From the NCBI RefSeq assembly GCF_006345805.1, contig NC_043002.1:71424001-71488000 (forward strand): a stretch of 64,000 nucleotides of DNA. Direction: 5' to 3'. The notes beneath the pieces are model-generated. The model was given only the letters and a program-made list of their open reading frames with translations, did no database searches and was not told where the DNA came from. This stretch comes from Octopus sinensis. Its lineage: Eukaryota. This document shows, piece after piece, positions 42,247-54,335 of this stretch (its first letter is position 1; every line of letters starts with the position of its first letter). The position numbers and the translations under genes are program-made.

Positions 42247-42364
42247 ATAGTAAAAAGTGAAAAAACTACAGAAGGCTTGTTTTTTAAAAGGTTAAAAAAT
42301 ATATATTTGAGTTAATATGTCTGAAGAATGTTATAAATTTTTTTCTTACAATGACATAGTTTAG

Positions 42365-42404
42365 AAGAAATGACCGGTTTCGCGTTCAGCTTTTCAAATT
42401 TCTT
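42365..42404 (-). ncRNA. Minimal type I hammerhead motif, U3:A8 variant
   Basis: aagaaat-TTGAAAA-gc tgaac gc-GAAAC CG GTC-atttctt. Confidence 0.6.
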
Positions 42405-42862
42405 ACATCGTTATGTTTCCGTTGAGAAGAGTTATCGTTATGTTTATGTTGAGGAGAGTTCCAGATAAGGGGAGGTAATAAGTGATTTCTTCCGGTGTAA
42501 GGGAGATAATCGCTTAAAATTGTTTGCCTTTCTTTTGGAGTGAATTTCTCTGTAAAAGTATGTTGGAATGGTTAAGTTTGGGCTTGTATTTTTCAATGAA
42601 GAATGTTTCCTTGTTTAGTCTAATTTGTGTTGGTGTTCCGATAGCACATTGGTAAAATGGAAAGATTAAAAATTTTGGTAGTAGTTGCTTTGCGCATTTC
42701 TCAATGTGCTCACTATAGGGTATCATTCTGTATTCTGGGAATGCAATCTGTTGTCGATTATCTCCCTTGCACCGGAAGAAATCACTTATTACCTCCCCTT
42801 ATCTGGAACTCTTCTCAACATTAACATAACGATAACTCTTCTCAACGGAAACATAACGATGT

Positions 42863-42902
42863 AAGAAATTTGAAAAGCTGAACGCGAAACCGGTCATTTC
42901 TT
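42863..42902 (+). ncRNA. Minimal type I hammerhead motif, U3:A8 variant
   Basis: aagaaat-TTGAAAA-gc tgaac gc-GAAAC CG GTC-atttctt; GUC cleavage triplet. Confidence 0.6.
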
Positions 42903-43062
42903 CTAAACTATGCCATTGTAAGAAAAAAATTTATAACATTCTTCAGACATATTGACTCAAATATATATTTTTTAACCTTTTAAAACAAGCCTTCTGTAGT
43001 TTTTTCACTTTTTACTATTTTCTATATATTCAACCACGTGCTTTCACAAACCAACTTTCTCA

Positions 43063-43125
<63 letters not shown>

Positions 43126-43130
<5 letters not shown>

Positions 43131-43328
43131 TGTATAGAGGGCATTATTACACATAAATGCCTCACACTAGGAGGGACAAAGTCATTACTACCAAAATTAT
43201 ACTAATCATACCCAAATGCAGTTTTTCAAAAACTGCATTTGGGTATGATTAGTATAATTTTGGTAGTAATGACTTTGTCCCTCCTAGTGTGAGGCATTTA
43301 TGTGTAATAATGCCCTCTATACAATATA
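43126..43328. repeat. Perfect 203-bp palindrome (101-bp arms, 1-nt centre at 43227)
   Basis: Arms are exact reverse complements by manual check; centre gcagttttt-c-aaaaactgc. Confidence 0.9.
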
Positions 43329-43479
43329 GATATAATTAAGTTGTTCAAAAGAAAAAAATTATTTTCGAATTCTTTTCTTTTATGAGGTTTTCACGCTAGC
43401 TACCCGATAATTTCTTGTTAAGATCCCTTATTAAGAGATTATCCTTAATTGTTAAACTTATATATATATATATATATAT

Positions 43480-43640
43480 TCTTTCATTTGTTTCAGTCAT
43501 TTGTCTGCAGCCGTGCTTGAGCACCGGCATTATTTGGACAAATCGGCCCCAGGAATTATTGTCTTTCGCTGAACCGATAGGTTACGGGGGCATAAACACA
43601 CCAACATCGCTTGCCAAGCGACAGTGGCGGACAAACACAG
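43480..43640 (-). mobile_element. Partial abundant SINE
   Basis: 'ctttcatttgtttcagtcatttgtctgcagccgtgcttgagcacc...' body. Confidence 0.75.
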
Positions 43641-43679
43641 ACACACAAATACACACACAAACACATACACACACACACA

Positions 43680-43711
<32 letters not shown>

Positions 43712-44584
43712 CACACACATGTACCATTTTTCTAACACTCTAACGATTCAGGCGAAATGTTAAAGACTTTTTCACTTCACGAGCGTTATACTAATCCATC
43801 TGTTTTTTGTCTACACCACTTGTCTTCGTCTTTTTTTGTTTTGTGAATTCTCCTCTACATACTTACATACATACATATGTGTATGGGGTGGGTTAAATGG
43901 TTAAACGAAAGCGTTCTCACACTAAAAAAGATGTTTCTCTAGGTTTGTAATATCTTCATAAAACATTTCACAACATTTTTTTTTTTATAATTTTTTAAAA
44001 ATACAGCTTTACACTTCAAAAACTGTGCTAAGTAATACGCATAACTTTCATATATATATATATGGGGGGGGGTGCGGGTGTGCATGTGTGTACATGAACA
44101 TATGTGCATGTATATATGTATATATAATATGTTGAGTTCTACTTTCCTCTTTTACATATATCTAAAAGCATATTTATGAAGATGTGTTGCGTATAAATAT
44201 ATGAATCTATGGATGACTGCATGACTGAATGTCTGGATGGCTTGATAGCTGGGTTGCTGAGTGGTTGAGTGGAAGAATGGATTGATGGCTATATGTGTAA
44301 AGTTCTATATGCCGGAAGCATGCACTCTGTTTTTAGCGGATTCAATCGACATTGCTTTTCATTATATTTCGTGTTCGCTTTTCGCTTTCCACACTCTTCT
44401 TTTGTTAAAATGCCCACAAGGAATTAATCATGCAATCTTTAGTGAGATTATCGCAAATCATTAATAGCGTATAGTCTATGAAAATTTAACAGGCAATCAG
44501 CTTCTCCGTCAGTTGTTTGTGTACCTAGTGTTTGTTTTGTGTATGCTTGCGTGTGTGTGAGCATGTGTGTGTGTGTGTTATTTC

Positions 44585-44992
44585 TTTGCTGCCATCAAGG
44601 GGCTAAACATAGATGGGACAAACAAGGACAGACAAACGGATTAAGTCGATTACATCGACGCCTATGCGTAACTGATACTATATTTATCGACCCCGAAAGG
44701 ATGAAAGGCAAAGTTCACCTCGGCGGAATTTGAACACAGAACGTAAGGGCAGACGAAATACCTATTTCTTTACTACCCACAAGGGGCTAAACACAGAAAG
44801 GACAAACAAGGACAGACAAACTGATTAAGTCGATTATATCGACGCCTGTGCGTAACTGGTACTATATTTATCGACCCCGAAAGGATGAAAGGCAAAGTTG
44901 ACCTCGGCGGAATTTGAACATAGAACGTAACGGCAGACGAAATACGGCTACGTTCTTCGCCCGGATTGCTAACGTTTCTGCCAGCTTGCAGA
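44585..44992 (-). mobile_element. Tandem dimer of CORE-type SINE
   Basis: Two consecutive units 'aaggggctaaaca...atcgaccccgaaaggatgaaaggcaaagt.gacctcggcggaatttgaac'. Confidence 0.85.
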
Positions 44993-46256
44993 ATCGTTAG
45001 CACGTGTGTGTGTGTTTGTGTGAGTGTGAGTGTGTGTGTGTGTGTGTCTCCGTATTTATTGGTGTAGGTAAATATTTTCCGAGCATCATAATGCCTATAT
45101 TCCCCCATCGACTCGTTTGCTCGACCTTTTACAACCCTAGCAAGATCCTACTGATCTTACACACAGCCATCTTAAAAACAACAAAAACGTCATCGAGTAA
45201 TGCAATGCTAGATACACTATTCCTGAAACAGAGATGTCTAGAAAATATTTTATTCAATGACCCTGAGGCTAAAGTGCTACACAATGTAAACTTAGCTATA
45301 AATTACTATTTCTTTCCAGATTTACTTAGTTTCTTTTTGTACGAAACTACACGATAAATATTTAAATTATTTCCTTTTAAAACCGTCTTGAGATATCTGA
45401 ACAAATTTTACCATGTTTGCTTGCACTATATTTGCATCAAGCTATAACGATTACTTTTAGCACTACAAAGATCACAAACTATTATGTACAAGAATATACA
45501 TTTGCTACCAGATCATAATTATAGCCACAGAAGTAGAAAAGAAACGAACAGAAATTTCATTTGTTTTTACAAGAATCTTATTGATAGTTTCTCTTAGGAA
45601 CAACTTTTATTGCTAATCTTAGCATATTGTCTCGTTTTGTATTATAATGATAACTATTATAGTTATCCGTTTGTTTTACACAACAAACTAAATATAGGAA
45701 ATCATGAATTTAATCTCTCTATATTCTCCAACTGAATATCAAAGGATTCTGATTACCACGAGTTGTCTTCGACTCAGAAGTGGAACATTTTATTTTTAAT
45801 GTAAGATATCAAAGTATTTTTATAGTTAATGTTGAATTTGGGAGGAGTCATGCTGCTCATAACAGTACATGTATTGGTTTTGTTTCGTTTCAGTTTTTTC
45901 ACTTATCAATTAAATACTCAGTTTATCAATTGATTGATCGATTATTCTCTCAAATTCTTTTCATCACAGCTTGGGACTTTACCAATGACCATGTCCTCCT
46001 CCACTACCTCAGCACTTACTGCATGTTTACTGCTCGTCTCACAAGTCTTAGATTAAGGGAAATATAAGTAAAACATAACCAGTCTGTGTGCTTTTATTTG
46101 CAGCATGACCTTCCGGAAATTCAACAATATCAGATTGAACACATTATTTTAGATCAAGGGCATTGCAAAGCAAATAGAGGGCAAATACTTTATAGTTGCT
46201 GTTGTTTTATATATGGTTTTAGCTTCCACTAGAACTGCTACTAATGATATTAAATA

Positions 46257-46794
46257 TTGGGTTGTCCGGAAAGCTCGTGCCGATTTTTAAAGGAAAGAAA
46301 AAGGTCAATAAATACTTGCCATTACATTTTTAATCAACCAAATAAGAACCATTTCGTTGCACAATGCGTCTCCATGTTTCTTTTAAATTAAAAATGGCCT
46401 CTTCCCAGAATTGAGTTGGTTTCATGGCAAAGTATTCATGAAGGTATATTTTCATGTCATCCAAGGAATTGAAATTTCTACCATTAAGACTATATTGCAG
46501 AGACCTGAATAAGTGGAAATCCAAAGGAGCAAGATCTGGTGGGGTGACACATCCCAGCCGAGCCTCAACAATTTTTGTCTGGTTCTCAAAGCATCAAGTG
46601 CCGAAAATAAACTTTCATATCTTCCATTTTAAAGGGTTACAGAATTAACACAGGTTATAGGAAGATAAACCTTCCACGAAAAGATAGCTTAAACTGTGCT
46701 CTAAATAGAGGTGTAGTCAAATCCTATTTTATGTTCTAAAATAAGTCGAAAGGTAAGCTACTATAAATCGGCGCGAACTTTCCGGACAAACCAA
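46257..46794 (-). mobile_element. Internally deleted mariner element
   Basis: TA|ttgggttgtccggaaagctcgtgccgattt ... aaatcggcgcgaactttccggacaaaccaa|TA; minus ORF DLAPLDFHLFRSLQYSLNGRNF...WRRIVQRNGSYLVD*. Confidence 0.88.
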
Positions 46795-47869
46795 TATAAT
46801 TGATTAGTATGAGTTTCTTCTGCAAGAGAAGCATGTAAATAGTGTAGTAAACAAGAGAACACATTTATAAATATTTTACCCAAAAATGCATGTTCGGATG
46901 ACTGTAAGGATTTGTCTGCCCAATATGTGCGAGGATAGATTCAAAAGGATCAGTTACAAGAATAATTTGAGTCTTAATGGACTTGTCTTCAGCAACTGTG
47001 TATCCTCACTACGTACGTACGGACACTGCTTTTAAACCCGCTAATAAGAAGCGGAATAGACTATTTGTATCTCGAACAATAAATGAATACTGTGTTTTAG
47101 ACTCCCTTATTTCAATGCTAGAATTTACTAACGGGCATATCTATAGTTTCTTAAATGGAAAATAATGAAATGCAACAGCAAGTTTTTTTTAACATTTAAG
47201 ATCATTTCACTTATATCATGAACAGATTTGAAGGATATTTCATTTCACTAACGATTTCCATTGCAATTGCCTGAAATGTCTTTGATAGCATATCGCAAAT
47301 AGTCATTATATCAGGCATAATATTAGGGAGCTGGTTAGCCTTTCAAAGTGATGCTCACGGTCCAGAACAAATGTTAGAAGAATATTTGTTTGAGAATATA
47401 GATATATATCTGGAACATGTTCAGTTCATATATATATATATATATATTGTTTCAAATTTGTCTGAGTGTGTATAGAATAATGTATCAGCTGAATAAGTTA
47501 AAACATGGTCTGGTTTACATGTTTTTTATTATTGTATTTTAACATCACAAAAATATTTTTAATACTCATAAAGTTAAATTAGCGCTTTCATACATAGCGT
47601 AATCATCAACTTTCAAATGTGTTTAACTGACAATTGAGTTCTTGACAACTTTAATACCGCTTAGAACGCTCCAGCAAGCTGAATTTTTAGAATACCTCTT
47701 TTACTAATCCGCATGCATCTTAAGCATTACGGTTTACCAGGCGTACCGATATTCTGTAACTTGTTTATATTTACATGCTAGAAATATTTTTTTTTAATCT
47801 ATATCATTAACTGGTCGTTATAATGATGATGTTATTTACGTTGAGAACAAGTTTTAACATTTTAATAAA

Positions 47870-48860
47870 CAGATTACTTGTATCACATTTGTGTCATGTA
47901 GTTTGTGGAAAGGAAAAATTAGAACCGTTTTCTAACCACATGTCTCTAAATGTTCGCTCAATGGCATTTGGGGAACATCGGTGTTCCGGATTTGTTGTCT
48001 GTGGACTCGTGAGCGTTCCGATAAGTCATTCCCTGTCACGCCTATTTATAATCCCTTGCAATTCAGGTATTTAATGCAGTAGATCAAATTTCTGTTTTTG
48101 CAGTTCATATCTACATTTGCGAAAATCTGTCCCGTTTTTGTTCTAATGGATCTACCGCTATGTATGTAATGACATTCCACATCTGTTATCATTACACTTG
48201 GATACAATGAATATTTTAGCCTCTTTGTTAACGTTGAATTTCGCCTTTTTTAACAATTTCTTTTAGTTTTAGCCTTTTTGCTTAAGATAAGTGTTTGATT
48301 AGTTATTACGTTTTTTAATTTTTCAATTTGTTTTATGATTGGCAAATTTGTTTTGATAATGTTAAATAATCTACACTCTGGTCCCAAATTCACAAGAGAA
48401 ATGAGGAACATACAATTACCATTTCTTGACATAATGGTAATTAAAAACAATACCACAATTACAACTGATATTTATTACAAAAGCACAGATACACACCAGT
48501 ACCTAAATTTCAAATCATGCTACCCAACACACACAAAGCACAACATGCTGTACTGTCTAGCCAGGAAAAATAGTATTCTAATCGATGATTCAAATACCAG
48601 AAACATACGACTTATAGAACTCAAAGGATTCATGCTCAAGCCAAAATACCCTCGCCTACTTATAGAAAATAGCATACAAATAGCAAAAGAGATATCTATA
48701 GAACAATTTAAAGCAACACGAAAAAGACGAACCCATCAAAGGAACACAATACCATTTATAGTAAACACGCGATCCGTATCACCAAAACATTTTTAACATC
48801 ATCAAAATAAATATGCCAACCATAAAACGAAGTGAAAAATAAATACAACATAATATATCG
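47870..48860. mobile_element. Second PLE family in divergent inverted arrangement (endonuclease part on minus 47870-48365, RT C-terminus/linker on plus 48360-48860)
   Basis: Plus: LPFLDIMVIK..TDIYYKSTDTHQYLNFKSCYPTH; minus: NCKNRNLIYCIKYLNCKGL*IGVTGNDLSERSRVHRQQI; shared overlap 'tttaacat.atcaaaa.aaat.tgccaa.cataaaac'. Confidence 0.85.
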
Positions 48861-49471
48861 CAATATATATGTATATACAGGGTGAAGCGCCGCACCGATA
48901 TCCAGCTGGGAGAAGATCTGCCTAGGGTTAAACTAGCAGTAATATGGAACATCCACTTTGATATAGCGATTAACTTTACTACTTATTAGTATAATTATTA
49001 CTATGATCACTTCTTGAGATTTTACAACTAGTTATCTTGCTTGTGTGTGTATGTGTGTGTGCGTGTGTGTGTGTGTGTGTGTGCGTGCGTGTGTGTATTT
49101 GTGTGTGTGTTTGTGCGTGTTTGTGTGTGTGTGTGTGTGTTTGTGTGTGTGATTGTGCGTGTTTGTATGTGTGTGTGTGTATACGCACGATTATAACTCA
49201 CGAGAAAGAATTCTACTTCATACTCTTGGTTCTATTAACTCTATAATCTTTATCTTTTCCTTGTTTCAGTCATTACACTGCGGCCATACTGGGGCATGGT
49301 CTTGAAGAATTTTTAGTTGAATGAATCGATCACAGTATTTGCAGTTGTTAGGCCTTTTTTCCTGAACCGCTAAGTTACGGATATATCAAGAAACAAACAA
49401 CGGATGTCAAGCGGTAGTGGAGAAAAGGACAAAAACAGGCACAAAAGCATGTGTATGTGTTTGTGTGCGTG

Positions 49472-49523
<52 letters not shown>

Positions 49524-49789
49524 TGTGGGCTTATGTTTGTCTCTCTGAGTGTGTCTGTGTATCTAATATGTATAATATATATATATATATATTATATATA
49601 TATATATATATATAGACGCAGAAGTGGATGTGTGGTAAGTAGCTTGCTTACCAACCGCATGGTTCCGGGTTCAATCCCACTGCGTGGCACCTTGGGCAAG
49701 TGTCTTTGGCTGATATTTCCTGTTCCTGTGGGAGGTAGTACTCCAGCTATTTGTCTATGATAAACTGCTTTGATGACCGATGCTACTAT

Positions 49790-50812
49790 CATTACAGAGC
49801 TTTCTACTTACATATCCATGCATAGTCTTCTGCTCATATGGGCTCATCCTTTCCTCTGATGATACGTTGTAATAGAGTCGTGCGACTTCTTTGGGCATGT
49901 ATTCTAGGTTATCGAAGAGTGCTGCTCAAGGAGCTGTCTTCCAGCTCTTATGATGTTATCAGCCTTATGTAATCAAACTTGGACAAGGGATGCATTTCGA
50001 CACTTTGTGGTTAAAAGGAGTTGCTAAAGGGATAAAATGCGACATGCAAAAGCACTTTGGGTCGATGTTAAGCCTCTGCCGCCTTGCTTTCACTTTCGGT
50101 AGGGGCGGTCTACGCCATTGTTTACGTGGTAATTATGTGTGCTTGTTAGTAGTTTTCAGGTTTTCGTATCAATGGCTTGGATCTCATCAAGTGACCAATC
50201 AAGCAGCCCAAATTTTGGTATGGGTACTAGCAATGCAAACACATTGTGGGCCAGGGTTTTATTGAATGTAGGGTGTTCTGAGGTTAAAATTTTCTTTATT
50301 AGGCCCTAATATTCTTTAGTGACACGTGTTTTGTTACAGGTGCCATTGCAAGTTAAATTTCCCTTTACCATCGTCAGATACAAGGGAAACAGTCAAATTG
50401 TTGATAGAGATGTTACTAGTCTGGTTTAGAGTTTCACCCTTTTCGCAACCATATAACAACATTTAACCTGACCAAACTGCAATCGTACATCCTTTGAGAA
50501 TGTTATAACTAGGCCAAAGCTCTTTTTCATCTCATGAATAAAGTTTTAAGTTATCCACAAAGAAACAGGTGTGTAATTTTGGTTATTTTTGCTTCCTTGT
50601 GAACCAGTGAGACTTCCTTAACATGAACGACGAAGGGTTTACGGAAACTATAAACACCATTAGAGAGAGGTTGTCTCCTTGGAATATGCCTTTCCGATAC
50701 TGTATTCCATCGGTGATATTACAGTCACTCTTTGTGTTTAATTTGAAGATGGTGGCCTGCGATGGAGTCAGGTCAGCTATGGTTTCAACTATTCTCACTG
50801 GAACTTTAGCAA
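49790..50812 (-). mobile_element. R4/Dong-type (restriction-like endonuclease clade) LINE RT fragment
   Basis: RKGIFQGDNLSL..VNPSSF, ITHLFFVDNLKLYS, FNKTLAHNVFA..FGLLDWSLDEIQAIDTKT, VDRPYRK*KQGGRGL. Confidence 0.8.
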
Positions 50813-52215
50813 GTTGTATGTATGTATGTATGTATGTATGTTGTATGTATGTATGTATGTATGTATGTATGTATGTATGTATGTATGTATGTATGTATGT
50901 ATGCATGCATGCATCTATGTATGTATGTATGTATGTATGTATGTATGTATGAATGTATGTATGTATGTAACTACTGAAAATCTGCAGTTAGTGTATGTTT
51001 GTGTGTGCGTGAGTGTATGTTTAACTGTGTATATGAGTGCGTGCATATTTCTATGAATACCTTTTTGTGTGCCGTACTATAGATATGGATTTGATTTCCT
51101 GTGGTAATGATTCCAGGTTCTGTATCACCTTGAAACTGTCAGTCATATTGTTGGATATCACGTTAGCGTGAAGCAAAGTATCTTCAGATAGAATTTGCTT
51201 AGAATTATTAGATTTTCGTGATAAAATTTATGGATGGTGAAATAATGTGCTGGTGTATTTGAAATCTAATTACGGTATGATAGAAGAATGAAAGGGAGAA
51301 GGGGTAAAGAAGCAGTTGCAGGGCCTACAGCCCTTGGGAGCTACCTGATATTATAGCTCTCATTTTTCACGCTCCAACCTTATAAGGATTCATTCAGATT
51401 TTGAAAACACACTAACAACTACTCAAATGCAAAGAGACAGTGTAAAAGATATGACAAGGCAGAGTGTCAGCAAGCTATGAACGGAAACAATTACAATATT
51501 GAATAAAAGGAATTAGAAATTATTGGACTGACTATAGAGCTAAATTGAAATTAAAGAGAAACATTATAAGAAGTTTTTCAAGATGCAATTTAGAAAAGTG
51601 CATATCACCTAATGGTACTGTACATTCATTTCACTGAGCATCTGATAGTAAATTAAATGCATCAAGTCGTATTCGAATTAGTATGATGAACTAATTCAAT
51701 TACTACAGCAAGAATACACATTCTTGCGAAAAAGTTTTATCACTTCTACTTTGTACAGTTTCTTTCCTTTTTAAGATAGATTTCACTGAAATGGAAATGT
51801 AGCGTTGAACTACAACTCATATATAAATACTTACAATCATTTATTATTTAGGTGGTACGTTTTTTTTTTTATAATGACTACTTTGGAAAAAGAATAGATC
51901 ATATATAACATATACACTAAAATCAAATTGCTCTCTCTTACACCTTATATCACACAAATATACAATATAGGGCAAAGAGACACGTCTACGTAATCGGTAG
52001 GCCGCCTAATAATACCGCAGATAAATTAAATATAAATATACTATTTTTGAATAGATATTGGTGGTCAAGGATAGAATACTGTTGATCATAAACGTAGATT
52101 ATCTAAAATTTAACTGACGGGGGATCGCACGGCAACAAGATATACACATGCACAAACGATTACACACACATACATATATACTCAAACACACACTTACACA
52201 GACACTTACATACAT

Positions 52216-52269
<54 letters not shown>

Positions 52270-52304
52270 GTTTGTATGTATGTATATATGTTTGTATGTA
52301 TGTA

Positions 52305-52705
52305 AAGTCGGCGAGCTGGCAGAAACGTTAGCACGCCGGGCGAAATGTTTGTCGATATTTCGTCTGTCGCTACATTCTGAGTTCAAGTTCCGCCGAGGTC
52401 GACTTAGCCTTTCATCCTTTCGGTGTCGATTAAATAAGTACCAGTTACACACTGGAGTTGGTATAATCGACTTAATCCGTTTGTCTGTCCTTTTTTTGTC
52501 CTCCCTGTGTTTAGCCCCCTGTGGGTAGGAAAGAAATAGGTATTTCGTCTGCCGTTACATTCTGAGTTCAAATTCCGCCTAGGTCGACTTTGCATTTCAT
52601 CCTTTCGGGGTCAATAAATAAAATACCAGTTACGCACTGGGTCGATGTAATCGACTTAATCACATTGCCTATCTTTGTTTGTCTCCTCTATGTTTAGCCC
52701 CTTGT
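52305..52705 (+). mobile_element. Tandem dimer of CORE-type SINE
   Basis: Head ggcgagctggcagaaacgttagcacgccgggcg, followed by two CORE-containing units. Confidence 0.85.
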
Positions 52706-52925
52706 GGGCAATATAGATATATGTATATATATATATATATAGCAAAAAGGTAATAAAATAAATTATTATTACCGGTGATCTAGTACAAAAGACAAATTAG
52801 CCATTAGGCTATATGTTATTCATATATAGGTACATTAAAAGGCCTCTAAAAGAAGAAGCAAGTACTAGATGCACAAAAAGTGGATAAATTCAATGAAAAT
52901 GAAAATCAAAAACGTTTACAAACTC

Positions 52926-53010
52926 GGCTCATCTCATATTGCAGTTTCGTCTTTTTTAGCAGAAAAAATATATCATTTATCTGCCAAGCTAGACTCTTCA
53001 GTAAGCAGCC
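52926..53010 (-). ncRNA. Hammerhead copy with G16.2>A change (AUA triplet)
   Basis: Inverted copy of 53199-53283 reading GAAACTGCAATA instead of GAAACTGCAGTA. Confidence 0.65.
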
Positions 53011-53198
53011 TTAGTTATCCTAGAAGTACATGTCGTTAGAAGCATGTGCTACCGACTTGCAATCTCTAACTTTACAGACCATTGCGCAGACGCAAAACAT
53101 ACCCGACAAACAGAGAGGTTTCTGGTATAGGGTCTACGATTAGAGATTGCAAGTCGGTAGCACATGCTTCTAACGACATGTACATCTAGGATAACTAA

Positions 53199-53283
53199 GG
53201 CTGCTTACTGAAGAGTCTAGTCTTGGCAGATAAATTATATTTTTTTCTGCTAAAAAAGACGAAACTGCAGTATGAGATGAGCC
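53199..53283 (+). ncRNA. Type I hammerhead ribozyme, canonical core
   Basis: ggct g ctta-CTGAAGA-gtct[long hairpin tggcaga/tctgcta]agac-GAAAC TGCA GTA-tgag atg agcc; GUA cleavage site after 53272. Confidence 0.78.
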
Positions 53284-53500
53284 GAGTTTGTAAACGTTTT
53301 TGATTTTCATTTTCATTGAATTTATCCACTTTTTGTGCATCTAGTACTTGCCTCTTCTTTTAGAGGCCTTTTAATGTACTTATATATGAATAACATATAG
53401 CCTAATGGCTAATTTGTCTTTTGTACTAGATCACCGGTAATAATAATTTATTTTTGCTATGTTTACATATGACTCGATAAATTTTAGTCGTAGACCCTAT

Positions 53501-53538
<38 letters not shown>

Positions 53539-54335
53539 GAGAGAGGGATAGAGACAGAAAGAGAGAGGGAAGGACGTACATACACACACATACAAGCATT
53601 ATGTATCTATGAATATACATGTATGTATGTATGTATCTATGCATGTGCGTATATATCCATGTTCTCTTGCATCATTTTTTTTATTTGAAGTCTCCCCGTA
53701 AGAAAGGAATTCTTTTCTAACAAACATACAAAGCTTCATCATTGCAGTGAAGATAACCGAAGCAAATTCGTTTTTCGAATTAAGAAAGAAGTCTAGCATA
53801 TTTTTAACGTCCCACTTAAAAATTGCATTTGTAACGTGCGAATTAACTGGTAATTTCTTTTTCTGAATATCCCGGCTCTTCCAGATTTTCACTTTCGCAT
53901 TTACAAAATCGAATCCAGCAAGCATTAATGGTATAAATGTGAACTTATAATCTGGGTATTAAAGCTGAATATTTCTGAGCAATTTTCCGTAGTTATCCTC
54001 TTGTTCTTCGATTTTCGAGGAGATATTCATATCAGCGTGGCAGCTTACATCTAAGTCGGTATAACGGTTTTCTCGTTTGTCCCAAACAGCATTATCTATC
54101 CTATTAAGTTTGCACTTGTTAGAAGCCTCATTGGTAAAGTTCCACCAATATTACTTGTGTTGATGTTTATGCATAACAGGCTGTTCTCCACAGTCTTTGT
54201 TCGTATGACTTGTATGTTGTTTTAAAGACAATACCGTGTCGCATTGGGAGATAGTAATTCTATTACCTTTTTTTTTGGGGGGGGGGGCAGCTGTTAATCA
54301 TCTTAATCATTACTTTTGGGGGGCAGCTGTTAATC

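Larger units (their letters stand above)
52740..53460. mobile_element. Foldback element: ~330-bp near-perfect inverted arms, 70-bp spacer, hammerhead in each arm
   Basis: Arms 52740-53069 and 53140-53460 are reverse complements with few differences; no ORF. Confidence 0.9.
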
